The notes under the pieces: generated by a model
Told to the model about the DNA's origin: nothing
Databases searched by the model: none
The model's input: the letters and a program-made list of their open reading frames with translations, nothing else
Translations under genes and position numbers: made by a program
Assembly (NCBI GenBank): GCA_034660595.1
Contig: JAYEJO010000093.1
Coordinates: forward strand, 1-38,384
Reading direction: 5' to 3'
DNA: 38,384 nt
Source of the DNA: Candidatus Caldatribacteriota bacterium
GTDB taxonomy: Bacteria > Atribacterota > Phoenicimicrobiia > Phoenicimicrobiales > Phoenicimicrobiaceae
Part shown: positions 8,231 to 18,199 of the stretch, piece by piece
Position numbering within the stretch: the first letter of the stretch is position 1
Layout of the letters: each line of letters starts with the position of its first letter

Positions 8231-9046
8231 TCATTTTTTTAATTTTATTACTAAACTGTCTTTGAAGCGAATATCTATATATTCTACTAATAATTTTTCC
8301 CTTTCAATTTTTGCCAGGGCTTCTCTTAACAGGTTTTCCTTATTACTAATCACCTCTGGCCCATTTACTCTGATTTTTAAGGTATTGTCCTTACTACAAA
8401 TCATAAAATCATCAGGAGATAATATTTCTACCCGGTAAAATATCTTGGGCAGTATCACTTCTGCCGAATTAATACTCTCTAATGCCGTCCTAAATTCAGG
8501 TTTACCTATAATTTTTCCTATTTTTATTTCATTAATTTCTAACCCTAATATCAAAGGCAGGCAAAATTCTTCCTCCGGTCTATCAATTTTAGATAGAACA
8601 ATTCCCTCTTTAGTGGAGGAAAAATATTCTTCTCCAATACGGACAATTGCCACTGCTTTTCTTTCTGTTAAGGAAATAATAATTTTATTAGGTATTACCC
8701 TTTTTATTTCTACCTCTTTTATCCGGGGTTCCTGAGCTAAAGAATCTGTAGTTTTTTTTAGATCTAACTTAAAGATATTTTCGCCAAATTGTATCCCGGA
8801 CTTATAAAATATTTCGTCCTCACTTAGATAATCATTCCCCTTAATAATAACCTCTTCGATGTTGCAAAAGTTTGAACTGAATATAAAAGTAAAAAAATTC
8901 CAGCCTAAAAAACCTATGGCCAAATAAAAAATTAGTATTTTGATTATTCTTACTGTTAAAGGCTGATTCTTTTCGCCTTCTTCTTCCTCCTCCAGTTCCT
9001 CATCTTCTTCTTCCATCCATTCTTCATTCTCGTCAGTTATTTTCAT
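8231..9046 (-). CDS. ftsQ: Cell division protein FtsQ/DivIB (POTRA) with poly-acidic N-terminal tail
   Basis: 271 aa. The N-terminus is acidic (EEWMEEEDEELEEEEEGEK), followed by one TM helix and then a POTRA-like IEEVIIKGNDYLSEDEI. Its position upstream of ftsA is canonical. Confidence 0.8.
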   Translation of the reverse strand: MKITDENEEWMEEEDEELEEEEEGEKNQPLTVRIIKILIFYLAIGFLGWNFFTFIFSSNFCNIEEVIIKGNDYLSEDEIFYKSGIQFGENIFKLDLKKTTDSLAQEPRIKEVEIKRVIPNKIIISLTERKAVAIVRIGEEYFSSTKEGIVLSKIDRPEEEFCLPLILGLEINEIKIGKIIGKPEFRTALESINSAEVILPKIFYRVEILSPDDFMICSKDNTLKIRVNGPEVISNKENLLREALAKIEREKLLVEYIDIRFKDSLVIKLKK

Positions 9047-9135
9047 CTACTCTGTCTCCGTTTTATGCCATATATGATATACAAATTTATTCTGGTCGCT
9101 TTCTTTCTGGATTCATCACGGGAACACTGTAATGC

Positions 9136-9229
9136 TACTATATACTCGATACTATCTTATTCGGACTACTGATTTCTTTTCTGTCTTTTCTTAACCAGTT
9201 AACCAAGTAACCAATTAACCGGTTAACTA
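9136..9229. repeat. Class-2 (CGATACT) then class-3 (TTAACCA) periodic arrays
   Basis: 9136..9173 reads tactatatactcgatactatcttattcggactactgat and shares the 17-nt actatatactcgatact with the reverse complement of 22841..22871. 9191..9229 reads ttaaccagttaaccaagtaaccaattaaccggttaacta. Confidence 0.75.
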
Positions 9230-9254
9230 ATTCTTAGTGATACGTTATACGAAA

Positions 9255-10181
9255 TTAGGGTTCTCCCAAAATCTCCATTTCACGTTCTAATTTTATTCCA
9301 AAATTTTTCTTTACTCTTTTCTCAATCTCTTCAATTAAATATAGCATATCTCCGGCTGACGCACCGCCATTATTCACAATAAAATTAGCGTGCCTGGTAG
9401 AGACCTCTGCTTTGCCCCGAGATAATCCCTTCGCTCCAACCTTTTCTATTAATTCTCCGGCATAATAACCCGGTGGATTTTTAAATATGCTGCCCGCGCT
9501 AAATTTATCCAAAGGCTGGCTGGTTTTTCTGATTTCAATATTTTGTTTTATCTTAGATTCAATTTCTTCTTTATTCCCCTTTTTCAGCAGCAGAGTTGCT
9601 TCTAAAATTATCACCGATTTGCCTTTTAAATTACATTCACGATAATTAAAATCTAAATTAGATTTGGAGGTTATTTCTATTTTATTTTCCCGGGTTAAAA
9701 AAGTTACATTTTGTACTATATCTGCTATGCAATTTCCTTTAAAACTAGCATTATTAATTATTGCTCCACCCAAAGCTCCGGGAATGGCACAGGCAAATTC
9801 TAACCCGCTCAATTCTCTATTCAAAGCCATCTTACTCAGATATACTAATGAAACTCCTGCACCTACCTTTAAAATTTCATCAGAAAATTCTATTTTTTTA
9901 AAACCTTTATTTAAGTTAATTACTAAACCTCTTATACCGCTATCCAAGATTAATAAATTTGTTCCATTTCCCATAACCCGGAAAGGTATATTGTATTCTC
10001 GGAAAATAGAAACAACTTTTTTTAAATCTTTGATATTGCCGGGGCTGCAAAAAGCATCAGCGGGTCCGCCAATTCTTAATGAAGTATGATTCTTTAATGG
10101 CTCATTGTATTTAATTATACGGTCAATACCTTGTTTTTCACACTCATTTTTTATGATATCTATATTTATGTTCATTTTCAA
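9255..10181 (-). CDS. murB: UDP-N-acetylenolpyruvoylglucosamine reductase
   Basis: 308 aa with an FAD-binding N-terminus (LRIGGPADAF, GNGTNLL) and a MurB C-terminal domain. It starts 5 nt after the murC stop. Confidence 0.9.
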   Translation of the reverse strand: MKMNINIDIIKNECEKQGIDRIIKYNEPLKNHTSLRIGGPADAFCSPGNIKDLKKVVSIFREYNIPFRVMGNGTNLLILDSGIRGLVINLNKGFKKIEFSDEILKVGAGVSLVYLSKMALNRELSGLEFACAIPGALGGAIINNASFKGNCIADIVQNVTFLTRENKIEITSKSNLDFNYRECNLKGKSVIILEATLLLKKGNKEEIESKIKQNIEIRKTSQPLDKFSAGSIFKNPPGYYAGELIEKVGAKGLSRGKAEVSTRHANFIVNNGGASAGDMLYLIEEIEKRVKKNFGIKLEREMEILGEP

Positions 10182-10186
10182 ATAAA

Positions 10187-11575
10187 TTAAAATCCCTCTG
10201 TTTTCTTCAATTGTTTAGCCAATTCCTGGCCAACAGTCCAAATATCTCCCGCACCCATAGTTATTATTATATCTCCGGGCTGAACAATTTCAGATAAATA
10301 ACTTAAAATATCATCTTTGGAAGGCAAATATCTTATCTGCCTATGGTTGGTTTTTTTAATTTCCTTAAATATAGTCTCTCCGCTAACTCCGGATATCGGT
10401 GATTCATTAGCTGAATAAATATTATCAATAATTACACAATCGGCGTCAAAAAATACCTTACCAAACTTTTCTGCTAAAAGTTTAGTTCTGCTGTAGCGGT
10501 GGGGCTGAAATACAGCAATTATTCTTCTGTTTTGCCAACTGCTTCTTAAAGCACTTAAAGTTGCTTTAATCTCGGTAGGATGATGAGCATAATCATCAAT
10601 AATTAATATGTTGTCCTCGGTACTGGCAACAATTTCCATTCTTCTATGTACTCCCCGAAAGGTTTCCAATGTTTTAGCAATTTCCCTAAAACTTATTCCC
10701 AGTTCCAGGGCAGCAGCAATTGCTGCTAAAGCATTTAAAATATTGTGATATCCGGCGACTTTCAAATAAAGGTCACCTATTTTTTCGCCCTGCCAGTATA
10801 TTTTTGATTTAGAATTCAACTTATCTAATTCTATATCTTTAGCCATAAGATCCGCTTCAGTAAATATTCCATAAGAAACATAACTTCTCTCACATTGTTT
10901 TGCCAGTTCATTTACATTATCGCAGTCCCTACACAAGATAATTCGTCCATTATCGGGGATATTATTAATAAATTTCCTAAAATCTTTTAGAATATTTTCT
11001 ATATTTCCATAATGATCTAAATGATCATCTTCTATATTTGTAACTATAGCCATCTGTGGATTCAATTCCAAAAACGAACCATCACTTTCGTCGGCTTCTA
11101 CAACTATATGATTACCTTTCCCTAATTTAGCATTATTTTTAAAATTGTTCAGCTCCCCCCCTACTACTACGGTAGGATCGAAACCGTTTCTTTCTAATAA
11201 TAGGCTTATCATGGAAGCAGTGCTGCTCTTTCCGTGTGTACCGGCAATAGCTATTCCATATTTGTTATCCATAAGTCTCGCCAGCATTTCAGCCCTTTTG
11301 ATTATGGTAATTTTTCTATCCCTGGCACCACTTATTTCCGAATTAGATTCAGGGATTGCCGATGAAATTACTACTAAATCTGCACCTTCTACATTATCTT
11401 CATTATGACCTTTAAAAATAGTTGCTCCTTTATCAGCCAATCTTTTAGTTATCTTTGAAGATATGAGGTCGGAACCACTGATCTTGTGACCTGAATCAAT
11501 AAGGATTGAGGCTAGGCCGCTCATTCCCGACCCGCCAACTCCAATAAAATGTATATGTATTTTTTTTTCATTCAT
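10187..11575 (-). CDS. murC: UDP-N-acetylmuramate--L-alanine ligase
   Basis: Contains IHFIGVGGSGMSG and GTHGKSST. The track start is GTG 11590, which lies inside the AAAGGTGGA RBS. The ATG at 11575 is preferred. Confidence 0.93.
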   Translation of the reverse strand: MNEKKIHIHFIGVGGSGMSGLASILIDSGHKISGSDLISSKITKRLADKGATIFKGHNEDNVEGADLVVISSAIPESNSEISGARDRKITIIKRAEMLARLMDNKYGIAIAGTHGKSSTASMISLLLERNGFDPTVVVGGELNNFKNNAKLGKGNHIVVEADESDGSFLELNPQMAIVTNIEDDHLDHYGNIENILKDFRKFINNIPDNGRIILCRDCDNVNELAKQCERSYVSYGIFTEADLMAKDIELDKLNSKSKIYWQGEKIGDLYLKVAGYHNILNALAAIAAALELGISFREIAKTLETFRGVHRRMEIVASTEDNILIIDDYAHHPTEIKATLSALRSSWQNRRIIAVFQPHRYSRTKLLAEKFGKVFFDADCVIIDNIYSANESPISGVSGETIFKEIKKTNHRQIRYLPSKDDILSYLSEIVQPGDIIITMGAGDIWTVGQELAKQLKKTEGF

Positions 11576-11596
11576 TAAATATAATTCCACCTTTAT

Positions 11597-11623
11597 CTCG
11601 TATTGCGTATCGCGTATCGCGTT
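11597..11623. repeat. Class-2 heptamer array (CGTATCG), left arm of an inverted pair
   Basis: ctcgtattgcgtatcgcgtatcgcgtt. It is about 22/26 complementary to 11807..11832. Confidence 0.8.
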
Positions 11624-11806
11624 AAAAAAATCATAAGTTTTAAAGGGTAGATATCTCTCCTGTTATGCTCTACGCTAAACAGGTTTTGAATTTTGAGCTA
11701 TGGTTTTTTCGTTTTTTGTTTTAAGTTTTAATTTTAATTACATATTCGTTTGATTTATAAAATCCGTATAAATAATTATATATAGAAATTTTCCCAAATA
11801 AATATG

Positions 11807-11832
11807 AACGCGATACGCAATACGCGATACTA
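11807..11832. repeat. Class-2 heptamer array (CGATACG), right arm of an inverted pair
   Basis: gaacgcgatacgcaatacgcgatact. A 183-nt AT-rich core lies between the arms. Confidence 0.8.
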
Positions 11833-11894
11833 TATTATAATTTCAACAAAATTATTAATTTTCCTGCTTTGTTGGTAAAATACTTCTTTTATTT

Positions 11895-13004
11895 TTAATT
11901 TTTTTTAATACAATCGAAAATATAGTCTGCTATCTTCTTGGCTGAATTTTCATTACCTAACCCTCTGCTCTTCTTAGACATTATTTCTAATTGATTTTTA
12001 TCTTTTAATATATCGAGCAAAACCCGGGCTAATTTCTTATCGGATAAATCCCTCTCGAAAATTAATATCGCAGCCCCTTCTCTTTCAAAAATTTTAGCGT
12101 TGATTACCTGGTGATCATGAGTAGCATAGGGGTAAGGTATTAAAATTGCCGGCAAACCATAAGCGCTAACCTCAGCCAAAGTTGTAGCTCCTGCCCGACA
12201 GATTACTAAATCAGCTAGAGAATAGGCTTTTTCTATATCGTGCAAATAAGGTTCTACCGAAAATATTTTATGGCTTTCTCCCAACATTCCTATAATATTA
12301 TCATAATCATCTTGCCCGCTAATCAATAAAACTTGCCAGTTGTTTTTTATAACTTCTCTTATTAAATCGATACATCCCAAAACAGCTCTATTAATTGAGG
12401 CTGCTCCCTTACTGCCTCCTAACACCAATATAGTTTTTTTTGAAGAATCAAGATTAAATTTTTTATGCTCTCTGTCTGTGCTCTGTTTAATATTTTTAAA
12501 ACGTAGGGGGTTGCCCATAAAAATCAATTTTGCTTTACTGCTAAAATATTCTTTTGATTGATTAAAGCTTAAAAATGTTGCTCTGGTAATACGAGATAAA
12601 AATTTATTGGTAATCCCGGGTATTACATTTTGCTCGTGGACAAAAGTTGGAATGCCTAATATTGAGGCCATCAAAACAACCGAACCGCTCACATAGCCCC
12701 CCGTTCCAATAACTATATCCGGTTTATACTTTTTTATAATTTTATATGACTGAAATAAAGAAATTAAAAAAATGACGATAGCTGTTAAATTTTCAAAACA
12801 TATTTTCCGCTTAATGCCCCGGGCTTTAATTTTTTCAATTTTAAAACCTTCCAGAGGAATAAGTTTTGATTCCAGACCCCTTTCGGTTCCCACAAATAAA
12901 ATATCATTTTTTATATCTCTGCCTTTTATCTCATAAGCTAAACTAATTCCAGGATATATATGTCCCCCTGTTCCACCACCCGAAATTATCACCTTTAATG
13001 CCAT
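11895..13004 (-). CDS. murG: UDP-GlcNAc:undecaprenyl-PP-MurNAc-pentapeptide GlcNAc transferase
   Basis: Contains GGGTGGHIYPG. The track start is TTG 13007, which abuts the ftsW stop. The ATG at 13004 is more likely. Confidence 0.93.
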   Translation of the reverse strand: MALKVIISGGGTGGHIYPGISLAYEIKGRDIKNDILFVGTERGLESKLIPLEGFKIEKIKARGIKRKICFENLTAIVIFLISLFQSYKIIKKYKPDIVIGTGGYVSGSVVLMASILGIPTFVHEQNVIPGITNKFLSRITRATFLSFNQSKEYFSSKAKLIFMGNPLRFKNIKQSTDREHKKFNLDSSKKTILVLGGSKGAASINRAVLGCIDLIREVIKNNWQVLLISGQDDYDNIIGMLGESHKIFSVEPYLHDIEKAYSLADLVICRAGATTLAEVSAYGLPAILIPYPYATHDHQVINAKIFEREGAAILIFERDLSDKKLARVLLDILKDKNQLEIMSKKSRGLGNENSAKKIADYIFDCIKKN

Positions 13005-13007
13005 CAA

Positions 13008-14123
13008 TTACGCTCCCTGTTCTTTTACTTTGTACCGGGAAATATTTAATAAAATTCCCGCGCAAAACATATTTACAATTAGAGATGAACCTCCATAGCT
13101 GATAAAGGGTAAGGTAATGCCGGTAGTGGGAATCATCTTGGTCACTACTCCAATATTTATAATGCTCTGAAAAACTATCATTGAGGTAATACCTGCCGCC
13201 AACAAAGTCCCAAATTGGTCAGAAGAATCTAAAGCTATCCTGACTCCGCGCCACAACAATATTATAAAGAGAATAATTATTACCACAGTGCCTATAAACC
13301 CTAATTCCTCACCGATTATTGAGAAGATAAAGTCAGTATGTTGATCGGGGAGATAGAAATATTTTTGTTTACTCTCTGCCAATCCGATTCCTAAAATTCC
13401 ACCGCTTCCCAAGGCCAATAGAGATTGAATTATGTGAAACCCGCTATCTAAAGGATCTTTCCAGGGGTCCAAAAAGGATAACAATCTTGCTCTTCTATAT
13501 TCTTCTCTTGATAATATCAAAATTCCCAAAGGAATGGCTGCAGCTATCAGGGCATAAAGCTGAACTATCCTGGTCCCCCCAATAAATAACATAATAAAAG
13601 AAATGCCCAAAATAATTAAGGAAGTACTAAAATCTGGTTCATTCAAAATTAATAAAAACATTATTAACATAATAATTAAAGGGGGTAATACCCCTCTAAT
13701 AAAGGTTTTAATATCTTTTACTTGTTTTCTGGTTAAAGATTCTGCCATGTATAAGATTAAAGCAAATTTTGCGATTTCGGAAGGCTGAAAGGAAAAAAAT
13801 CCTATCTTAATCCATCTTCTTGCTCCGCCGGCAGTCCTCCCGATACCGGGAACATATACCATTGATAGCAATGCAATGGATAAAATTAAGATAGGTAGAG
13901 TAAATTTTTTATAATAATGATAATCGGTATATATGGCGAAAAAAAATACTACCAGGGCTATTATAGCATAAATTAATTGTCTTTTTAAAAAATAATAACT
14001 ATCTCCATACCATTTATAGGCCATAATGTAACTTGAACTAAAAACCATACATATACCGATAGCCATAAGTATAATTACTACTATAAAAAGCCATAAATCA
14101 GGAGATTTTTTTTCTAATAACAT
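13008..14123 (-). CDS. ftsW: Peptidoglycan glycosyltransferase FtsW (SEDS family)
   Basis: 371 aa polytopic membrane protein with SEDS motifs (PSEIAKF, TDFIFS, LPFISYGGSS). Confidence 0.9.
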   Translation of the reverse strand: MLLEKKSPDLWLFIVVIILMAIGICMVFSSSYIMAYKWYGDSYYFLKRQLIYAIIALVVFFFAIYTDYHYYKKFTLPILILSIALLSMVYVPGIGRTAGGARRWIKIGFFSFQPSEIAKFALILYMAESLTRKQVKDIKTFIRGVLPPLIIMLIMFLLILNEPDFSTSLIILGISFIMLFIGGTRIVQLYALIAAAIPLGILILSREEYRRARLLSFLDPWKDPLDSGFHIIQSLLALGSGGILGIGLAESKQKYFYLPDQHTDFIFSIIGEELGFIGTVVIIILFIILLWRGVRIALDSSDQFGTLLAAGITSMIVFQSIINIGVVTKMIPTTGITLPFISYGGSSLIVNMFCAGILLNISRYKVKEQGA

Positions 14124-14144
14124 CTAAGTATAACCTCTATTGTA

Positions 14145-14232
14145 TAGTTAGTTGGTTAACTGGTTATTTGGTTAAATAGTTTAAAACGAAATCTTCAACT
14201 AATTAACCAAGTAACCAACTAACTAGCTAACG
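14145..14232. repeat. ~35-bp imperfect hairpin built from class-3 7-8-nt units
   Basis: The left arm is tagttagttggttaactggttatttggttaaatag. The right arm is caactaattaaccaagtaaccaactaactagctaacg. The outer 14 bp pair perfectly and the loop is about 16 nt. The hairpin fills the mraY-ftsW spacer. Confidence 0.8.
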
Positions 14233-14237
14233 ATATA

Positions 14238-15188
14238 CTAAATACTGGCTATTCCAATAATACCCAGTATTAATCCCGCTATCCAAAAGCTGATAATAAT
14301 TTTAGGTTCTTTCCAGCCACAGAGTTCAAAATGATGGTGAATAGGGCTCATCTTAAAAATTATTTTACCTCTTAATTTTACCGAAGCAACTTGAAGTATC
14401 ACTGATAGAGTTTCAATCACAAATATCCCCCCTATTATCAGTAGAAACAACTCTGTTCTAGTAAAAATTGCTACCGAAGCAAGTGCCCCACCCAAAGCCA
14501 GAGAGCCTACATCTCCTAAAAATATCTTGGCCGGGTAAAAATTATAGATTAAAAAACCGAAAGAGGTTAAGGCGACTATCAGGGAAAATAGGCTCATGGG
14601 CAATATATTTTGCATATAGGCAATTAAAGCAAAACTAAACATAGAAATAATTATCAAGCCGGCTGCCAGTCCATCTAAGCCATCAGTTAGGTTTACCGCA
14701 TTGACCGAACTAATCATCACCAAGACCACAAAAGGCACAAACATAATTCCTAAATCTATACTATTTTTTATAAAAGGAAGATAAATTTCTGTACCTAAAT
14801 CAGTGTTTTGTAGAACACCACAGGCAACTATTAAAGCAAGAGCAATCTGGAGCAACAGCTTCTGCATGGTAAGAAGACCTAATGACCGCTTCTTAAGATG
14901 TTTAATTAAATCGTCAATTAAGCCGATAAGGCCAAAACCGACAGTGGCAGCTAACGACCATAAAACATATTTATTGTAAGGGACAAGGAGTAAAACTACT
15001 ATTATTAAAGTAAGGATAACTATTACCCCTCCCATGGTAGGTGTTCCCATCTTATGTTGATGAAGATCCGGCCCTTCCTGACGAATTTTCTGTCCCACAT
15101 TATGTTTTTTTAAATATTTTATAAAAAACGGCAGAGCAATTACCGGGATTATAAAAGAAACTAATAAAGTTAAGGGCCAATGGGTCAT
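14238..15188 (-). CDS. mraY: Phospho-N-acetylmuramoyl-pentapeptide transferase
   Basis: 316 aa polytopic membrane protein with NLTDGLDGLA and SPIHHHFE. Confidence 0.95.
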   Translation of the reverse strand: MTHWPLTLLVSFIIPVIALPFFIKYLKKHNVGQKIRQEGPDLHQHKMGTPTMGGVIVILTLIIVVLLLVPYNKYVLWSLAATVGFGLIGLIDDLIKHLKKRSLGLLTMQKLLLQIALALIVACGVLQNTDLGTEIYLPFIKNSIDLGIMFVPFVVLVMISSVNAVNLTDGLDGLAAGLIIISMFSFALIAYMQNILPMSLFSLIVALTSFGFLIYNFYPAKIFLGDVGSLALGGALASVAIFTRTELFLLIIGGIFVIETLSVILQVASVKLRGKIIFKMSPIHHHFELCGWKEPKIIISFWIAGLILGIIGIASI

Positions 15189-15198
15189 TATCTCCTCC

Positions 15199-16632
15199 TT
15201 AGGTAGGATTATTTTTTTGATACTCTTTTTGTAAATATTCTAAAATCTCTTCCATCTTCATTTCCCGGGAACCTTTTAACAGGATATAATCTCCGGGTTT
15301 GATCAGATTTAATAGCTTATTAGCTAAATTTATCTTCTCGTTTTTCCCAAAAGAAAAAACTCTTTCTTCTGCCATCCCCTCTTCTTTAGAAGACTGAGCG
15401 ATTATCTTTCCTCCCGGACCTACAGTTATCAGTATAGCAATAGATAATTTTGCTACTTCTTTCCCTATTTCCCGGTGGTAAAAATCGGTCTTTTCTCCTA
15501 ATTCCAGCATATCTCCCAAGATGGCTATCTTTCTATTTTTTTGCGCAACTTCTGTTAAAGTTTCTAGAGAACTTTTTACTGATAATGGACTCGCATTATA
15601 GGAATCATTCAGTATTTTAATGTCCTTGTAAAAGTTGCTCAATTGCATATGCAGATCTAACGGTTTAAAAGAAGATAAACATCTTTCGATTAAATCTAAT
15701 TCTATTCCCATTGCAAAAGCAGCCGCAGAAGCGGCAAGGGCGTTATAAATATTATGCCTTCCTAATAAAGGGAAATATATTTCTTTATTTACACTATTTT
15801 GTACTACAAGGGTAAATTTCATTCCTTTATCGCTAACTATTCTGATATTGTCAGCCATAAAATCACTTTTATTTTCAATACCAAAAGTATATACTTTCTT
15901 ATCTTTAACAATTTCCCGCATCCTAAAAAAATAAAGGTCATCTCTGTTTAGAATAGCTATACCGTCTTTATCCAATGATTGTAATAATTCCGATTTAGCC
16001 TTAAAAATATTATCCTTTGAACCTAATAAACCAATATGTGCCTCGCCGATATTGGTAATCACTGCCAAATCAGGAGGAATAAAATCGGTAAGAGTTTTTA
16101 TCTCACCCAAACCCCTCATTCCCATCTCTGCCACCAACAGCTTATGTGATTTATTAAGCTGCAGCAGAGTAAGGGGAATTCCGATTTCATTATTGTAATT
16201 TCCAGAGGTTTTTAAAAGAGAGAATTCCTGAGATAAGATATGAGCAATAATTTCTTTGGTCGTGGTCTTTCCGTTACTGCCGGTTATACAGATATTAAAA
16301 GTTTTAAATTTATCCTTATAATACTTAGACCAATCCTGCAAGGCAGAAAGAGTATCTTTTACTTCTATGATAATTTTATTTTTATCTATTTGCTCATTCT
16401 GTAATAAAGTGTTCTCGCCTTTACAGACTACTGCCCCAACCGCTCCTTTTTTAAAAGCTTCAATAATAAAATCATGTCCATCGAAACTGGGCCCAATTAT
16501 AGCAAAAAATAAATCACCTGGAATTAAAGTTCGGCTGTCTATGGAAATCCTGTTTATTGAGCAATCTTGGTCTCCCTGAATTATCTTTCCAGAGACAGCT
16601 TTTATCAATTCTTTAATTTTACAATTTTCCAA
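15199..16632 (-). CDS. murF: UDP-MurNAc-tripeptide--D-alanyl-D-alanine ligase
   Basis: 477 aa with the GSNGKTTTKE P-loop and a Mur ligase middle and C-terminal domain. The TTG start lies 4 nt after the murE stop. Confidence 0.9.
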   Translation of the reverse strand: MENCKIKELIKAVSGKIIQGDQDCSINRISIDSRTLIPGDLFFAIIGPSFDGHDFIIEAFKKGAVGAVVCKGENTLLQNEQIDKNKIIIEVKDTLSALQDWSKYYKDKFKTFNICITGSNGKTTTKEIIAHILSQEFSLLKTSGNYNNEIGIPLTLLQLNKSHKLLVAEMGMRGLGEIKTLTDFIPPDLAVITNIGEAHIGLLGSKDNIFKAKSELLQSLDKDGIAILNRDDLYFFRMREIVKDKKVYTFGIENKSDFMADNIRIVSDKGMKFTLVVQNSVNKEIYFPLLGRHNIYNALAASAAAFAMGIELDLIERCLSSFKPLDLHMQLSNFYKDIKILNDSYNASPLSVKSSLETLTEVAQKNRKIAILGDMLELGEKTDFYHREIGKEVAKLSIAILITVGPGGKIIAQSSKEEGMAEERVFSFGKNEKINLANKLLNLIKPGDYILLKGSREMKMEEILEYLQKEYQKNNPT

Positions 16633-16636
16633 TCTT

Positions 16637-18109
16637 TTATCTCCCTGTCAAAATATTTCTCACTACTTCTTCATCATTATGATGGATAGCTCTGTTATGA
16701 TAAACCTGCTCATTCTCAGGCCCTTTTCCGGCTAGTAAGACTATATCTCCTTCTTCGGCTTTTTCTAAAGCATGTTTAATAGCCTCTACCCGATCGGTGA
16801 TTATAATATAATCTTTATCTGTTTTTTTAACTCCCTTCTCAATCTCTTGGGCAATTTCTATAGGATCTTCACTTTTAGGATTATCCGCAGTTATTACTAC
16901 GTAATCACTATATGTCCCTAAAATTTCTCCCATAGTAACCCTTACCTTATTATATTTCTCTCCACCATGCCCAAATACAGTAATTATATTATGAGGAGCA
17001 AAATTTCGTAGATTCTGCAATATATTCCCTAACCCATGATAATTGTGGGCAAAATCTATAACAATAGTATAATTCTGACCATATTCAAGTAATTTATATC
17101 TCCCCGGAGCTCCATAAAATTTACTAAAAGCTCGGGAAATGGTATCAAGAGGAATCCCCTGAGTAATGGCTGTTGCAGTAGCTGCCAGAGCATTATATAT
17201 ATTATATCTTCCGCTAAAATTTAAAAATATTTCAGTATCCCCGATAGGTGTTTCCACTATAAATGACGAATTTTTAAGCTCCATTTTTATATTCTTAGCT
17301 CTAACCTCAGCTTGTTTCTCTATCCCGTAAGTAATCAAATTAACCTTATTACAGTCTATAAAATCTTTACTGTGCTCTTCATCAATATTAATTATGGCGA
17401 ATTTTTTAGAAACCTCTTTTCTGCTTTCATTTAAGCTTAAAAATAATTTTTTCTTGGCTTTTAAGTAATTAGAAAAGTTTTTGTGGATTTCGAAATGTTC
17501 CTTGCTGATATTAGTAAAGATGGCTGCATCAAAATCGCATCCTTCTACGCGGGATAATTGCAAGGCATGGGAAGATACTTCCATTACTACATAATCAGTT
17601 TTTTGTTTAACCATTTCTTTGAGGGCTTTCTGTAAATCTATTGATTCCATAGTAGTCATATGGGAAGAGTTAATATTATTAGCAATTATATTTTGGGCTG
17701 TCCCTAGAAGCCCTGTTTTGTATCCCGCTTCCTGAAAAATAACTCTTAGCATATAAGTAATAGTAGTTTTACCGTTTGTTCCGGTTACTCCAATTAATTT
17801 TAATTTTCGCGAAGGAAAACCGTAAAATTGGTTAGCTAAAATTGCCAAGACTTTACGGCTATCATCTACCCTTATTATAGTAATGCCCCGCCTGGGAGGA
17901 ATTTCTTTTTCTACTATCAGTGCAACAGCTCCCCTGTTAATGGCTTCATCGATAAAATCATGTCCATCGGAAGTAAAACCTTTTATACATACAAATAAAA
18001 AATCTCTCTTTATTTCCCGAGAGTCGTGATAAATTCCTTTGATATTTAAATTTAGGTCACCGATAATTTCTTTAGCGTCTAAATTTGTTATTAATTCACT
18101 CAATTTCAT
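16637..18109 (-). CDS. murE: UDP-MurNAc-L-Ala-D-Glu--diamino acid ligase (DNPK variant of the DNPR motif)
   Basis: 490 aa with GVTGTNGKTT. The diamino-acid motif reads DNPK (codons at 16874..16885). Confidence 0.92.
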   Translation of the reverse strand: MKLSELITNLDAKEIIGDLNLNIKGIYHDSREIKRDFLFVCIKGFTSDGHDFIDEAINRGAVALIVEKEIPPRRGITIIRVDDSRKVLAILANQFYGFPSRKLKLIGVTGTNGKTTITYMLRVIFQEAGYKTGLLGTAQNIIANNINSSHMTTMESIDLQKALKEMVKQKTDYVVMEVSSHALQLSRVEGCDFDAAIFTNISKEHFEIHKNFSNYLKAKKKLFLSLNESRKEVSKKFAIINIDEEHSKDFIDCNKVNLITYGIEKQAEVRAKNIKMELKNSSFIVETPIGDTEIFLNFSGRYNIYNALAATATAITQGIPLDTISRAFSKFYGAPGRYKLLEYGQNYTIVIDFAHNYHGLGNILQNLRNFAPHNIITVFGHGGEKYNKVRVTMGEILGTYSDYVVITADNPKSEDPIEIAQEIEKGVKKTDKDYIIITDRVEAIKHALEKAEEGDIVLLAGKGPENEQVYHNRAIHHNDEEVVRNILTGR

Positions 18110-18134
18110 AAAAAATACCTCTGAATTATAAATA

Positions 18135-18160
18135 GTGTATAGCGTATAGCGTATAGTATG
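18135..18160. repeat. Class-1 heptamer array
   Basis: gtgtatagcgtatagcgtatagtatg, immediately upstream of the murE RBS. Confidence 0.8.
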
Positions 18161-18199
18161 AAAGATAAGATGTTTGTCCTCCAGTTAAATTCCGTATAT

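Noticed and set aside
5725-16579. Plus-strand ORFs 5725..5916, 5874..6128, 8445..8735, 9664..10089, 11145..11408, 12340..12561, 13603..13788 and 16367..16579.
   Set aside because: All are antisense shadows of ftsZ, ftsQ, murB, murC, murG, ftsW and murF. None has a recognisable motif or a translation-initiation signal.
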